The translations under genes and the position numbers were made by a program. Positions 1-11,130 of a DNA stretch of 64,000 nucleotides are shown here, piece by piece. How positions within the stretch are numbered: position 1 is the first letter of the stretch; every line of letters starts with the position of its first letter. This DNA is from Methanobacteriota archaeon (lineage in GTDB: Archaea; Thermoplasmatota; E2; DHVEG-1). The stretch is from positions 328,431 through 392,430 of the forward strand of contig CAVYNH010000004.1 in assembly GCA_963769885.1 (NCBI GenBank), in the 5' to 3' direction. A model generated the notes under the pieces. That model saw nothing but the letters and a program-made list of their open reading frames with translations. It had not been told where the DNA came from and ran no database searches.

Positions 1-736
1 AAACATCAAAACCATCCTACGCGGCATCCAACACCACGTCCCCCACGACGAAATCCTCTCTGCCCTGCGCGCCGGCGGCACCTACCCCCCCGACTACTGG
101 AAACCGCTCCTCGACGAAAGTAAAACCATCGACGACGCCATCACCCACCTCAAAGACACCCCCTACCACGACACCCTCCACGCCATCCAGCCCTTCGACC
201 TCGCCACCGCCGAAAACCACCTCGAACAGCACTACTACACCCACCTCCTCCACACCATCCCGCCAAATAACGAACCCAACCGCCTTTTCCACCACTACAT
301 CCAAACCGAAATCGACCTCGTCAACCTCAAAACCCTCCTCATGACCAAATACGAAAACGTCGAACCAGACAGAATCCACGACATGATCATCCCCGACGGC
401 ACCATCCCAGACAAGACCATGTACCGACTCATCACCACCCCCGACTTCACCCACTTCCTCGCCGAACTCCAACACCTTCCCGTCTACAACCACATCCGCC
501 CCGAAGCAGAAACCATCGCCACCACCGGCTCCCTCGCCCCCACCATCAGAGCCCTCGAAAAACGCCACCTCCTCGACGCCACCAAACAAAGCTACCTCCA
601 CCCCCTCTCCATCCTCCCCGTCATCGATTACCTCACCCGCAAACGCATCGAAGTCCAAAACCTCCGGATCCTTACGAGAGGCAAAGAAAAACACCTCCCC
701 GAACAAACCATCCGAAACCTCATGGTGATCCCATAA
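1..736 (+). CDS. atpC: A/V-type ATP synthase subunit C (5'-truncated by window)
   Basis: Frame 2 is open from the window start (NIKTILRG...IQTEIDLVNLKTLL...EVQNLRILTRGK) and lies directly upstream of subunits F, A, B, D. Confidence 0.85.
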   Translation, partial: NIKTILRGIQHHVPHDEILSALRAGGTYPPDYWKPLLDESKTIDDAITHLKDTPYHDTLHAIQPFDLATAENHLEQHYYTHLLHTIPPNNEPNRLFHHYIQTEIDLVNLKTLLMTKYENVEPDRIHDMIIPDGTIPDKTMYRLITTPDFTHFLAELQHLPVYNHIRPEAETIATTGSLAPTIRALEKRHLLDATKQSYLHPLSILPVIDYLTRKRIEVQNLRILTRGKEKHLPEQTIRNLMVIP

Positions 737-737
737 C

Positions 738-1037
738 ATGGCAGGAATAACCGTCGTCGGCAGCCCCGACTTCATCCTCGGCTTCCGCCTCGCCGGCATC
801 CGCAACGTGTATTCGGAAAAAACCAACATCGAACCCCGCATCAACCAAATCCTCGCCGAAGGCCAAGCCAGCATCCTCATCCTCCACGACGAAGACTTCA
901 CCAAACTCCCCGCCGCCATGAAACGCAAACTACGCGACAGCCGCAAACCCATCGTCATCTCCGTCGGCAGCCACGAAGAAGACGACCTCCGCGCCAAAAT
1001 CAAACGCGTCATCGGCATCGACCTCTACACCAAATAA
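738..1037 (+). CDS. atpF: A/V-type ATP synthase subunit F
   Basis: ITVVGSPDFILGFRLAGI and IKRVIGIDL motifs; operon position. Confidence 0.95.
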   Translation: MAGITVVGSPDFILGFRLAGIRNVYSEKTNIEPRINQILAEGQASILILHDEDFTKLPAAMKRKLRDSRKPIVISVGSHEEDDLRAKIKRVIGIDLYTK

Positions 1038-1085
1038 AAAAAACACACAGACTCAAAAAAAAACAGAAAAAAAGGTGCACCCACA

Positions 1086-2825
1086 ATGGCACAAGAAACA
1101 GGAACCATCTACCGCGTCGCCGGCCCCGTCGTCACCGCAGTCGGCATCAAACCCCGCATGTACGACGTCGTCTACGTCAGCGACCTCAACCTCATGGGCG
1201 AAGTCATCCTCATCAGCGGCAACAAATCCGTCATCCAAGTCTACGAAGACACCAGCGGCATCCGCCCCGGAGAACCCGTCCACGCCACCGGATCACCACT
1301 CCTGGCTGAACTCGGTCCAGGCCTCATCACCGGCATCTTCGACGGCATCCAACGCCCCCTCGTCGTCCTCCAGAAAAAAGCAGGCGACTTCATCACCCGC
1401 GGCATCAGCGAACCAGGCCTCGACCGCACCAAACAATGGCAGTTCATCCCCACCGCCAAAAAAGGAGACAGCGTCGAAGGCGGCACCATCCTCGGAACAA
1501 GCCAAGAAACCAAAGACGTCCAACACCGCATCCTCGTCCCCCCTAACATCACCGGCACCATCGAAGACCTCCACGAAGGCAAATACACCGTCGAAGAACC
1601 CTTCTGCAAACTCACCGGAGGCACAACCCTCACGATGCTGCAGCGCTGGCCTGTCCGTACCCCCCGGCCCTACCGCCAAAAACTCATGCCCGACATCCCC
1701 CTCATTACCGGACAGCGCATCTTCGACACCTTCTTCCCCATCGCCAAAGGCGGCACCGCCTGCATCCCCGGCGGCTTCGGCACCGGCAAAACCGTCATGC
1801 AACACCAGCTCGCCAAATGGAGCGACGCCGACATCGTCGTCTACATCGGCTGCGGCGAACGCGGCAATGAAATGACTGAAGTCCTCACCGACTTCCCCGA
1901 ACTCAAAAACCCCCGCACCGGACAACCCCTCATGGACCGCACCATCCTCATCGCCAACACCAGCAACATGCCCGTCGCCGCCCGAGAAGCCAGCATCTAC
2001 ACCGGCATCACCCTCGCCGAATACTACCGCGACCAAGGCTACGGCATCGCCCTCATGGCAGACAGCACCAGCCGCTGGGCCGAGGCCCTGCGAGAAATCA
2101 GCAGCCGCCTCGAAGAGATGCCCGGCGAGGAAGGCTACCCCGCCTACCTCCCCAGCCGCCTCGCCGCTTTCTACGAACGCTCCGGCCGCGTCACCACCAT
2201 GAACAACAAAGAAGGCAGCATCACCGTCGTCGGCGCCGTCAGCCCACCCAGCGCAGACTTCTCCGAACCCGTCACCCAAGACACCCTCAGAATCACCAAA
2301 GTCTTCTGGGCGCTCGACACCAACCTCGCCCACCGCCGCCACTTCCCAGCCATCAACTGGCTCGTCTCCTACAGCTTCTACCTTAACACCCTGGAGAAAT
2401 GGTTCGACGACCACATGTCACCAGAATGGAACCTAAACCGCGCCAAAGCCATGGAGATCCTCCAAGAAGAAGCCTCCCTCCAAGAGATCGTGCAGCTCAT
2501 CGGCTCAGACGCCCTCCCTGAAAACCAACAGCTCACCCTCGAGATCGCCAGAGCCATCCGCGAAGTCTTCCTCCAACAGCACGCCGGCCACGACATTGAC
2601 TCCTTCTGCCCCATCGCCAAACAATACAAGATGCTCAAAGCAATCCTCGATTACGGGAAGCTGGCCAGCGACGCCCTCGAAGCCGGCATCCCCATCAGCG
2701 ACATTTTGAAGATGAAATCACGCGATCTCCTCGCCAACTCCAAATATGAGACCAACTTCGACGAATACCTCGAGAAAGCCCTGGCTGCGATGCGCAAGGA
2801 ATTCCAGACAGCGGAGGCGGTCTAA
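1086..2825 (+). CDS. atpA: A/V-type ATP synthase subunit A
   Basis: P-loop [28 protein letters not shown]; no intein. Confidence 0.98.
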   Translation: MAQETGTIYRVAGPVVTAVGIKPRMYDVVYVSDLNLMGEVILISGNKSVIQVYEDTSGIRPGEPVHATGSPLLAELGPGLITGIFDGIQRPLVVLQKKAGDFITRGISEPGLDRTKQWQFIPTAKKGDSVEGGTILGTSQETKDVQHRILVPPNITGTIEDLHEGKYTVEEPFCKLTGGTTLTMLQRWPVRTPRPYRQKLMPDIPLITGQRIFDTFFPIAKGGTACIPGGFGTGKTVMQHQLAKWSDADIVVYIGCGERGNEMTEVLTDFPELKNPRTGQPLMDRTILIANTSNMPVAAREASIYTGITLAEYYRDQGYGIALMADSTSRWAEALREISSRLEEMPGEEGYPAYLPSRLAAFYERSGRVTTMNNKEGSITVVGAVSPPSADFSEPVTQDTLRITKVFWALDTNLAHRRHFPAINWLVSYSFYLNTLEKWFDDHMSPEWNLNRAKAMEILQEEASLQEIVQLIGSDALPENQQLTLEIARAIREVFLQQHAGHDIDSFCPIAKQYKMLKAILDYGKLASDALEAGIPISDILKMKSRDLLANSKYETNFDEYLEKALAAMRKEFQTAEAV

Positions 2826-2827
2826 CC

Positions 2828-4210
2828 ATGGTCAAGGAATACCACACCATCACCCAGATCGCCGGCCCCCTCATCTTCGTCGAAAAAACCGAGCCGGTCG
2901 GCTACAGCGAAGTCGTCCGCATCCAGCTCCCAGACGGCAGCATCCGCCGCGGTCAAGTCCTCGACACCAGCGGCGACATCATCGTCGTCCAAGTCTTCGA
3001 AGGCACCGCCGGCATCGATAAAGCCTCAGGCGTCACCTTCCTTGGGGAAACCATCAAGCTCTCCGTCTCACCCGACATCCTCGGCCGCATCTTCGACGGC
3101 TCCGGCAACCCCATCGACGGCGGCCCCCGAATCATCCCCGACGAGCGCATGGACACCACCGGCTCCGCGATCAACCCTTGGGCCCGCGCCAGCCCCCGCG
3201 AGTTCATCCAAACCGGAATCTCCACCATCGACGGCCTCCTGACCCTCGTACGCGGCCAGAAACTCCCCCTGTTTTCAGGGCCAGGGCTGCCGCACAACGA
3301 GATCGCCCTGCAGATCACCCGACAAGCCCGAGTCCTCGGAAAAGAAGAGGAGTTCGCCGTCGTCTTCGGCGCCATGGGCATCACCAACGAAGAAGCCCAA
3401 TATTTCATCAAAGACTTCGAACGAACCGGGGCGCTGAAGCGCGCGATCGTGTTCCTGAACCTGGCCAATGACCCTGCCGTCGAACGGATCATCACCCCGA
3501 GGCTGGCGTTGACCGCTGCCGAATACCTCGCCCTGCGTCAGGACATGCAGGTCCTCGTCATTCTGACCGACATGGTGAACTATGCAGAGTCGCTGCGTGA
3601 GATCGGTGCGGCCCGCAAAGAAGTCCCCGGCAGGAAAGGCTATCCCGGGTACATGTACACGGACCTGGCAAGCATCTACGAACGCGCGGTTCGTATCAAG
3701 GGCAAGAAAGGCTCAATCACCCAAATCCCGATTCTCTCCATCCCAGATGACGACTGGACGAACCCGGTCGCAGACCTCACCGGCTATATCACGGAAGGCC
3801 AGATCGCGGTGTCCCGTGAGCTGTACCGCAAGGGTATCTACCCGCCGATCAACCCATTGCCCTCTTTGTCTCGGTTGATGCGCCTCGGGATCGGCCCGGG
3901 GATGACTCGGGAAGACCATCGCGACGTCGAGCAGGGCTTATATGCGACCTACGCAAAAGGCCGGGATGTCCGAGACCTCATCGCGATCATTGGCAAGGAG
4001 GCGCTCTCTGAGAACGACAAGAAGTTCCTGGCGTTCACGGATGCCTTCGAGCAGCGGTTCATCCGACAGGGGAAGAACGAAGACCGCTCCATTGAGGAGA
4101 CATTAAACCTGGGCTGGGAGCTGCTCAATATGGTGCCGGAGAGCACCCTGACCATGGTCGACCATAAGATCCTTGAGCAGTATTACCCGGAGCATCGGAA
4201 GAAGAAATAA
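2828..4210 (+). CDS. atpB: A/V-type ATP synthase subunit B
   Basis: [40 protein letters not shown]. Confidence 0.98.
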   Translation: MVKEYHTITQIAGPLIFVEKTEPVGYSEVVRIQLPDGSIRRGQVLDTSGDIIVVQVFEGTAGIDKASGVTFLGETIKLSVSPDILGRIFDGSGNPIDGGPRIIPDERMDTTGSAINPWARASPREFIQTGISTIDGLLTLVRGQKLPLFSGPGLPHNEIALQITRQARVLGKEEEFAVVFGAMGITNEEAQYFIKDFERTGALKRAIVFLNLANDPAVERIITPRLALTAAEYLALRQDMQVLVILTDMVNYAESLREIGAARKEVPGRKGYPGYMYTDLASIYERAVRIKGKKGSITQIPILSIPDDDWTNPVADLTGYITEGQIAVSRELYRKGIYPPINPLPSLSRLMRLGIGPGMTREDHRDVEQGLYATYAKGRDVRDLIAIIGKEALSENDKKFLAFTDAFEQRFIRQGKNEDRSIEETLNLGWELLNMVPESTLTMVDHKILEQYYPEHRKKK

Positions 4211-4839
4211 TGGTGATACAAGAAATCAAGCCGACACGCAGCGAGCTGCTCGCGATCCAGCGGAGGATCTCCCTCTACGAGCGAGGCCATAAGCTGCTGA
4301 AGATGAAACGGGACGGCCTGGTCATGGAGTTCTTCTCCGTGCTCGCCAAGGTCAAGGACGTCCGCTCGAAGATCATCGAAGATTACAAAAAGGCCGAGGA
4401 GCGGCTGGCGATTGCGACGAGCGTCGACGGCCGGAATGCGGTGCAGTCCGCCGCCTTCGCCATCCGTGACGATCCGCACATCAAGATCGGCAGCAAGAAC
4501 GTCATGGGCGTTGTCGTCCCGACAAGGTTGGAAGGCGGGACGGTGAAGCGCCGTATCGACCAGCGTGGGTACGGGGTCACCGGCATCAGCGTCCGCATCG
4601 ACGAGGCCTCGGATGCCTTCGAGCAGCTCGTCGAGGATATCATCCTGGCCGCGGAGTTTGAGACGACGCTGCGCCGGCTCATCGACGAGATTGAGAAGAA
4701 CAAACGGATTGTCAACGCCTTGGAGTTCCGGATCATCCCTGAGTTGAAAAGACAGGTGTCGTTCATCCGGGCGCGTCTTGAGGAGATGGAGCGGGAGAAC
4801 ATCTTCCGGCTGATTAGGATTAAGGGCAGCCAGGTGTGA
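4210..4839 (+). CDS. atpD: A/V-type ATP synthase subunit D
   Basis: KPTRSELL, GHKLLKMKRDGL, RIVNALEFRIIP, LEEMERE. Confidence 0.97.
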   Translation: MVIQEIKPTRSELLAIQRRISLYERGHKLLKMKRDGLVMEFFSVLAKVKDVRSKIIEDYKKAEERLAIATSVDGRNAVQSAAFAIRDDPHIKIGSKNVMGVVVPTRLEGGTVKRRIDQRGYGVTGISVRIDEASDAFEQLVEDIILAAEFETTLRRLIDEIEKNKRIVNALEFRIIPELKRQVSFIRARLEEMERENIFRLIRIKGSQV

Positions 4840-4846
4840 CGGGCGG

Positions 4847-4978
4847 ATGCGGAAGCGTTTCGAGGAGGCCTGGCGGGATCCGGAGAGGAAGGCGAAGCTG
4901 CTGTTCTGGATCTGGATCCTCTCCCTAGTCATGACCGTAGTCGGCTACGCGATCATCTTTTTCACTTTGCTCCAGTAA
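4847..4978 (+). CDS. 43-aa single-TM microprotein at the end of the atp operon (MRKRFEEAWRDPERKAKLLFWIWILSLVMTVVGYAIIFFTLLQ)
   Basis: ATG 7 nt after the atpD stop, with GGTG upstream; charged N-terminus followed by a TM helix; below the ORF-track size cutoff. Confidence 0.65.
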   Translation: MRKRFEEAWRDPERKAKLLFWIWILSLVMTVVGYAIIFFTLLQ

Positions 4979-5024
4979 AAAGGGAAGAAGAAAGAGTGAA
5001 GGGCCTGTGGCCCTATCTCGTTTT

Positions 5025-7523
5025 TTAGGCTTGTTGTCCGGACATAATCCGCATGCCGTAGAAGCTGCGGTAGACGAAGGTCATGCTGACGGCCAGGAAC
5101 ACGGCGAAGAGGACGTAGTTGAGGTTCGGATACTGGTTGGAGAGGCTCACGGCAAGCGAGACGGCCAGGAGCCCGAACAGGGTGGTGAACTTGATGATCG
5201 GGTTCATGGCGACCGATGAGGTGTCCTTGAAGGGGTCGCCGACCGTGTCGCCGATGACGGTCGCCGCGTGCAGGTCCGTGCCTTTCTCCTTGAGGTCGAC
5301 CTCGACGATCTTCTTGGCGTTGTCCCAGGCGCCACCCGCGTTTGCCATGAAGATGGCCTGGAAGAGTCCGAAAACGGCGATGCTGATCAGGTAGCCTATA
5401 AAGAAGAATGGCTCGAAGAAGGCGAAGGCGAGGGTGGCGAAGAAGACGGCGATGAAGATGTTGAACATCCCTTTCTGGGCGTACTTGGTGCAGATGGCAA
5501 CGACTTTCTTGCTGTCCTCGACGGATGCTCTTTCCACGCCTTCGAGCTTGATGTTCTTTTTAATGAACTCGACGGCCCGGTAAGCACCGGTGCCCACAGC
5601 CTGGGTCGATGCACCCGTGAACCAGTAAATCATGGCGCCACCGGTGATGAGGCCGAGGAAGAACGGAGGGTGCAGGAGGCTGAGGTTCGCAATGTTCGTC
5701 TGCAGGCCGTTCGTCAGCAGGACGATGATGGAGAAAATCATGGTAGTAGCCCCGACGACTGCAGTACCGATAAGGACGGGTTTGGCAGAGGCCTTGAAGG
5801 TGTTACCAGCGCCATCTCCTTCTTCGAGGAGGAGTTTGCCGTGCTCGAAATCTGGCTCGAAGCCGTAATCGCGTTTGATCTCTTCTTTGATGCCTGGCTG
5901 CTGCTCAATCAGTGAGAGTTCGTAGATGGATTGGGCGTTATCCGCCACCGGTCCGTAGCTGTCAACCGCGATGGTGACAGGGCCCATGCCGAGGAACCCG
6001 AAGGCGACGAGCCCGAAGGCAAAGACCGCGTAGATTAAGGGATTGATTGAGAGAGCGGCCAACCCACCTACATTTTCACCAAGAGCGTTAACATGAGCAC
6101 CGTAGGTGCTGACCCCGAATGCGATGCCCATGAGTAGGACGATGGTTAACCCAAGCCAGTAGGCGCTGAAGTTGCCGTCGACGAATCCGGAGAGGATGCC
6201 AAGAGACGGTCCGCTTTTGTCGCTAGTGACGATTTCTTTGACGTGACGGGATTTGGTGGAGGTGAAGACTTTGACGAACTCGGGGATGATAGCACCGGCC
6301 ATGGTGCCGCAGGAGATCACGATGCTGAGTTTCCACCAGAGGGTTGGGTCGGAGAGGTTGCCGAGGAGGAAGTAGGAGGCGATGAAGGTGAAGGCGACAG
6401 AGACGAAGCTGGTGAGCCAGACGAGGGTGGTGAGAGGGGATTCGAAGTTCATGGTCTTGGCGTTGCGGTAGCGGGCGAGGGTGAGGGCGTCGTTGATGAG
6501 GTAGGAGAACATGCTGGAGAAAATCATGAGGATGCGCATCAGGAAGATCCAGACGAGGAGGAGGATCTTGATGGCGGGATCCGCGACCGCGACGATGATG
6601 AAGGTGATGAGGGCGACGCCGGTGACGCCGTAGGTCTCGAAGCCGTCCGCGGTGGGGCCGACCGAGTCTCCTGCGTTGTCGCCGGTGCAGTCTGCGATGA
6701 CGCCGGGGTTGCGGGCGTCGTCTTCTTTGATTTTGAAGACGATCTTCATGAGGTCGGAGCCGATGTCTGCGATTTTGGTGAAGATGCCGCCGGCGATTCT
6801 GAGGGCGGCGGCGCCGAGGGATTCGCCGATGGCGAAGCCGACGAAGCAGGGGCCGGCGTAGTCGCCGGGGATGAAGAGCAGGATCGCGAGCATCATGAAG
6901 AGTTCGACGCTGATGAGGAACATGCCGATGCTGATGCCTGCTTTGAGGGGGATGCGGTTGACTTGGACGGCTTTGCCGGTGAGGCTGGAGAAGGCGCTGC
7001 GGCTGTTGGCGAGGGTGTTGAGTCGGATGCCGAACCAGGCGACGCTGTAGCTGCCTGCGATGCCGATGAGGCTGAAGATGAGGATGATGGCGATTTGGAA
7101 GGGGGCGTAGTTGGAGATGCCGAAGTAGATGACGATGACGATGCCGATGAAGAGTTCGAGGAGGAGGAGGAATTTGCCTTGGGTGATGAGGTAGGTTTTG
7201 CAGGTTTCGTAGATGAGTTCGGAGATGTCGCGCATGGATTTGTGGACGGGGAGGCGTTTGAGGGTGAGGTAGTTGTAGAGTCCGAAGGCGAGTCCGATGA
7301 GGCAGGCGACGAGGCCGATCATGAGGAGGGCTCTGGCGTTGATGCCGAAGTAGGTTTGGGTGCCCAGGTCAGGGAGTTTGAGGCTGGCTTCGCCGCTGGG
7401 TTCGGCGGCGAGGATGCTGGGGGCGGTTGTGAGGAAGAGGATGCTGAGTAGGAGCCCGATGGCGAGGAGTCGGTGGACTTGGTGTCTGTTTTTCTGTGGG
7501 GATCTTCTCATGGTGTGGACCAT
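5025..7523 (-). CDS. hppA: Membrane-bound ion-pumping pyrophosphatase (probably K+-independent H+-PPase)
   Basis: GGIFTKIADIGSDL, EDDARNPGVIADCTGDNAGD, DSYGPVADNA, GNTFKA, GDTVGDPFKDT. Confidence 0.95.
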   Translation of the reverse strand: MVHTMRRSPQKNRHQVHRLLAIGLLLSILFLTTAPSILAAEPSGEASLKLPDLGTQTYFGINARALLMIGLVACLIGLAFGLYNYLTLKRLPVHKSMRDISELIYETCKTYLITQGKFLLLLELFIGIVIVIYFGISNYAPFQIAIILIFSLIGIAGSYSVAWFGIRLNTLANSRSAFSSLTGKAVQVNRIPLKAGISIGMFLISVELFMMLAILLFIPGDYAGPCFVGFAIGESLGAAALRIAGGIFTKIADIGSDLMKIVFKIKEDDARNPGVIADCTGDNAGDSVGPTADGFETYGVTGVALITFIIVAVADPAIKILLLVWIFLMRILMIFSSMFSYLINDALTLARYRNAKTMNFESPLTTLVWLTSFVSVAFTFIASYFLLGNLSDPTLWWKLSIVISCGTMAGAIIPEFVKVFTSTKSRHVKEIVTSDKSGPSLGILSGFVDGNFSAYWLGLTIVLLMGIAFGVSTYGAHVNALGENVGGLAALSINPLIYAVFAFGLVAFGFLGMGPVTIAVDSYGPVADNAQSIYELSLIEQQPGIKEEIKRDYGFEPDFEHGKLLLEEGDGAGNTFKASAKPVLIGTAVVGATTMIFSIIVLLTNGLQTNIANLSLLHPPFFLGLITGGAMIYWFTGASTQAVGTGAYRAVEFIKKNIKLEGVERASVEDSKKVVAICTKYAQKGMFNIFIAVFFATLAFAFFEPFFFIGYLISIAVFGLFQAIFMANAGGAWDNAKKIVEVDLKEKGTDLHAATVIGDTVGDPFKDTSSVAMNPIIKFTTLFGLLAVSLAVSLSNQYPNLNYVLFAVFLAVSMTFVYRSFYGMRIMSGQQA

Positions 7524-7624
7524 CTCCTTTTTGTTTACCCTGAATCTGGTGTTTCTATTTAAAGGAACGTCTTGCGTGGGTTGTAGAATATTGTCTCCCA
7601 GGTATGAAGGATGGAAAATGGGGT

Positions 7625-8968
7625 TTAGGGAGCCGTGGTTCCGATGCTGGCTTTCTTTCTTTTCACATCGACGTAGCGTGCGACCATGAGGAGGCTCATG
7701 GCGACGGCGCTGATAATCATGAATATTAGGACGCCGAGGCCGCCGTAGCGGTCGGAGATGCCGGCGATGGCGGGGATGCCGATGAACATGCCTGCGCTGA
7801 TGACGATGCTGTAGACGGCCATGGTGACGCCTCGCATCGACTCCTTCGCCTCGTCCGCAAGCGAGGACAGCGCGGAGGGCCCGAAGGCGAGGGCCATGAA
7901 CCCGAACAGTGCGAGGAGCGGCCAGTAGGCGATGATGTTGGTCTTGATGGCGCCCTCGGTCATGGGGCTGGCGGTGAGGTAGCCGATGCCCAGGACGGTC
8001 ATGATGCCGACGAAGCCGATGGTGCCGACGACCATGATGGGCAGCCGGCCGTACTTATCGGACAACCTGCCGTAGAAGTACTGGGTGAGGATGAGGAAGG
8101 CACCGCCGCCGGCGATGAGCCCAGCGAGGTATATAGGGGGGATGGTGAGGACGCCTTGGGAGGTGGAGACGGTGAGGAAGGTGAGGGCGGCGCCGATGAT
8201 CATGAAGACGATGAACCAGGGGAGGGTGACGAGGAGGATGGACCGCTGGCGCAGGACCGCAATGATGTTGCGGAACTCGATCTTCTTGGCGAGGATGTCG
8301 TGTTTCTTCGGCTCGGTGATGTTGACGGCGGAGTAGATGACGCCGACCATGGCCATGATGCCGGCGACAGCGAAGGTCATACCAAGGCTGCCTTTGAAGA
8401 ATTCGAGGAAGAGGGCGCCGACCGCGAAGCCGAAGATCCAGCCGAGGAGGTTGAAGGCGTCGAAGGCGCCCATCTCGCGGCCGCGGCGGTCCTCGGGGGC
8501 GTAGTCGGTGAGCAACGCAAGCGATGAGACGAGGATGGAGCCGGCGGCGACGCCGTGGCCGGCGTTGAGGAGGAAGACGGCGTAGAGGTTGGTGGTGAGG
8601 GAGAGGGCGAAGAGGAGGAGGCCGGCGCTGAGGAGGCCGAGGAGGAGGATGATCTTGCGGCCGTAGCGGTCGACGATGGTGCCGATGAACAGGACGGTGC
8701 CCATCTCGAAGAGGGGTGAGGCGGCGGCGACGATGCCGTAGCCCAGGTACGTGGTGGTGATGCCCAGGTATATGGGCAGGGTTGCGAGCATGATTCCGAA
8801 GCTGGCGCGGATGAAGAAGGTGGAGATGTAGAGGGAGGAGAGGAGTCTGAGGGGCGGGTGTTGGGGCATCCTAGTAGTGTGTATTTGGGTGGCGTTTAAA
8901 AAGGGATTCTGTGTGGGGGGGGGGGGTGTTTCTCCTGTTTCTTTCGTTTGCTGTGGTTTTTCCTTCAC
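7625..8968 (-). CDS. MFS transporter (alternative start 8869)
   Basis: About 12 TM segments; motif A twice (GTIVDRYGRK, GRLSDKYGRL). Confidence 0.9.
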   Translation of the reverse strand: MKEKPQQTKETGETPPPPTQNPFLNATQIHTTRMPQHPPLRLLSSLYISTFFIRASFGIMLATLPIYLGITTTYLGYGIVAAASPLFEMGTVLFIGTIVDRYGRKIILLLGLLSAGLLLFALSLTTNLYAVFLLNAGHGVAAGSILVSSLALLTDYAPEDRRGREMGAFDAFNLLGWIFGFAVGALFLEFFKGSLGMTFAVAGIMAMVGVIYSAVNITEPKKHDILAKKIEFRNIIAVLRQRSILLVTLPWFIVFMIIGAALTFLTVSTSQGVLTIPPIYLAGLIAGGGAFLILTQYFYGRLSDKYGRLPIMVVGTIGFVGIMTVLGIGYLTASPMTEGAIKTNIIAYWPLLALFGFMALAFGPSALSSLADEAKESMRGVTMAVYSIVISAGMFIGIPAIAGISDRYGGLGVLIFMIISAVAMSLLMVARYVDVKRKKASIGTTAP

Positions 8969-9136
8969 GGGATGCGAAGCGTTGGGTGTTTTAAATATGG
9001 GTTGTTGTTTTTGGGTGGTTTTGTGTCTTTTTGTTGCATTGGTTAGGGGTGTGGTTTTTAAGCAAAGGCTTTTAAATGTTTATTCGCAATATGCCGGCTC
9101 AGTCCTTGTGGTTGGAACGAAGAGCACGATTCCCCG

Positions 9137-11122
9137 ATGCAGAATGATAACGGTGCCAAAGGTGGTTTGCTTTATCGGATTCGCTGTAAGCTGATTGGCC
9201 GGCCGCGGAACATCAGGGATCCTCTTTTGTTTCAGACGATTTCTCTGATTGCGCTGTTGTCGTGGATCGGGCTCGGGGCGGATGGGTTGTCCTCGTCGTC
9301 GTACGGGCCGGAGGCGGCGTTCAATGAGATCCTCCACCATCCATATATCGCCGTTTTCCTGGCGATCGCGACCGCGGCGACGGTATTCATCATCTCGTAC
9401 ACCTATTCGAAGATCATCGAGGAGTTCCCGCATGGCGGCGGCGGCTACATCGTCGCGACGCACACGCTTGGGCGGGTGCCCGGGGTGGTCTCCGGGTCCG
9501 CGTTACTCGTGGACTACGTGCTGACAATCGCGGTGTCCATCTCAGCATGCGGGGACGCAATCTTCAGCTTCATCCCCCCGGAATATCAGGTATATAAGCT
9601 TTCGGTGAAACTTGGTTTAATCCTGTTTCTCGTCGTCTTGAATCTGCGGGGAGTGAAGGAGTCGGTGAAGGTGCTGGCGCCAATCTTCCTGTTGTTTCTC
9701 GTGATGCATGTGTTGCTGCTTGGCTGGGGGCTGGCGAGTAACGTGCCGCATATCGGGTCGCATGCAGCGAGTGTGACCACGAGCCTACGGTCAGATGTCG
9801 CCGCGATCGGGCTTGTCGGTGTGTTCGCGATTTTCCTACGAGCCTTTTCCTTAGGTGCGGGGACGTACACCGGAATCGAGGCGGTGTCGAACGGTCTGCA
9901 GATCATGCGTCAACCGCGGGTGCAGACTGGGAAGCGGACGATGATGTACATGGCGATTTCGCTGTCGGCGGTCGCCGGCGGCATTCTGCTATGTTACTTC
10001 TTGACCGATATCCAACCAGTGAAGAATCAGACGTTGAACGCGGTGCTGGCGAACACGTTGTTCAGCGGCTGGCCGGCCGGGTACTGGATTGCGGCTCTAA
10101 TCATCTTCTCGGAGGCGCTGCTGTTGATTGTAGCGTCGCAAACCGGGTTTATCGACGGCCCACGGGTCATGGCGAACATGGCCGTAGACTCCTGGTTCCC
10201 GAAGAAGTTCGCGGCGCTGTCAGAGCGACTGACGATCCAGAACGGCGTGCTGGTCATGGGTATCTCCGCGCTACTAGTAGTTGGGTTAAGTCTCGGAAAA
10301 GTATCAATCCTGGTGATTATGTACGCGATCAATGTGTTCGTCACGTTCTCGCTGTCGCAGCTGGGAATGGCGCGGTTCACGCTCAAGAATCGGATGAAGA
10401 ACCCGCATTGGCGGCGGCGGTTCACAATCTTCGCTGTGGGGTTTGCCGTGTGCTTCACGATTTTGATGGTGACGGTCCTTGAGAAGTTCAGGGAGGGCGG
10501 CTATGTGACTTTGGTGGTCACAGCAGTCATCATCCTGATCTGTTATACGATTTACCGGCATTACCAGAAAGTGAGAACCGCGATGAAGAAGTTCGACGAG
10601 GTCCTGATGCTTTCAAATATTCATCTTGCGGACAAGCCGAACACCAAGGCGATTGACCCGACGAAGCGGACTGCGGTGCTGCTCGTCCGGCGGTACGACG
10701 GCTTCAGCGTCAACACCTTCCTACAGCTGATCCGCAACTTCCCAGGGCTGTACAGCAACATCATCTTCACCGCGGTCGCGGAGGTCGACTCCGGGTCGTT
10801 CAAGGGCCGCGAGGAGCTGGAGTCGCTGGAGAAGTCGGTGCGCGGTGACATGATGAAGTATGTGAAGCTGGCGCGGGCGCTGGGGTTCGCCGCGGACTAC
10901 CGCATGGACATCGGTACGGATGTGGTCGCGACCGCGTCCTCGCTGTGCGAGTCGATCGCGCATGAGTTCCCGATCGTCACGTTCTTCACTGGAAAACTGT
11001 GCTTTAGACATGAGACGATCTTCCATAAGCTGTTGCATAACGAGACGGCGTTGGCGGTGCAGCGGCGGCTGCAGTGGGATGGGCTACCGGTCGTTATCAT
11101 CCCCGTCCCCGTCGAAATCTAA
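9137..11122 (+). CDS. APC-superfamily permease (KimA/YdaO-like, with C-terminal soluble domain)
   Basis: GADGLSSSSYGPE, PHGGGGY, DYVLTIAVS, TGIEAVSNG. Confidence 0.85.
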   Translation: MQNDNGAKGGLLYRIRCKLIGRPRNIRDPLLFQTISLIALLSWIGLGADGLSSSSYGPEAAFNEILHHPYIAVFLAIATAATVFIISYTYSKIIEEFPHGGGGYIVATHTLGRVPGVVSGSALLVDYVLTIAVSISACGDAIFSFIPPEYQVYKLSVKLGLILFLVVLNLRGVKESVKVLAPIFLLFLVMHVLLLGWGLASNVPHIGSHAASVTTSLRSDVAAIGLVGVFAIFLRAFSLGAGTYTGIEAVSNGLQIMRQPRVQTGKRTMMYMAISLSAVAGGILLCYFLTDIQPVKNQTLNAVLANTLFSGWPAGYWIAALIIFSEALLLIVASQTGFIDGPRVMANMAVDSWFPKKFAALSERLTIQNGVLVMGISALLVVGLSLGKVSILVIMYAINVFVTFSLSQLGMARFTLKNRMKNPHWRRRFTIFAVGFAVCFTILMVTVLEKFREGGYVTLVVTAVIILICYTIYRHYQKVRTAMKKFDEVLMLSNIHLADKPNTKAIDPTKRTAVLLVRRYDGFSVNTFLQLIRNFPGLYSNIIFTAVAEVDSGSFKGREELESLEKSVRGDMMKYVKLARALGFAADYRMDIGTDVVATASSLCESIAHEFPIVTFFTGKLCFRHETIFHKLLHNETALAVQRRLQWDGLPVVIIPVPVEI

Positions 11123-11130
11123 TCGAGTTT

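Noticed and set aside
1086-2825. Intein in AtpA (also checked in RFC-L)
   Set aside because: Both proteins have normal lengths and continuous motifs.
8915-8926. Poly-G tract as a phase-variation switch
   Set aside because: It lies in an extreme G/T-skew zone and possibly upstream of the true MFS start; there is no evidence of length variation.
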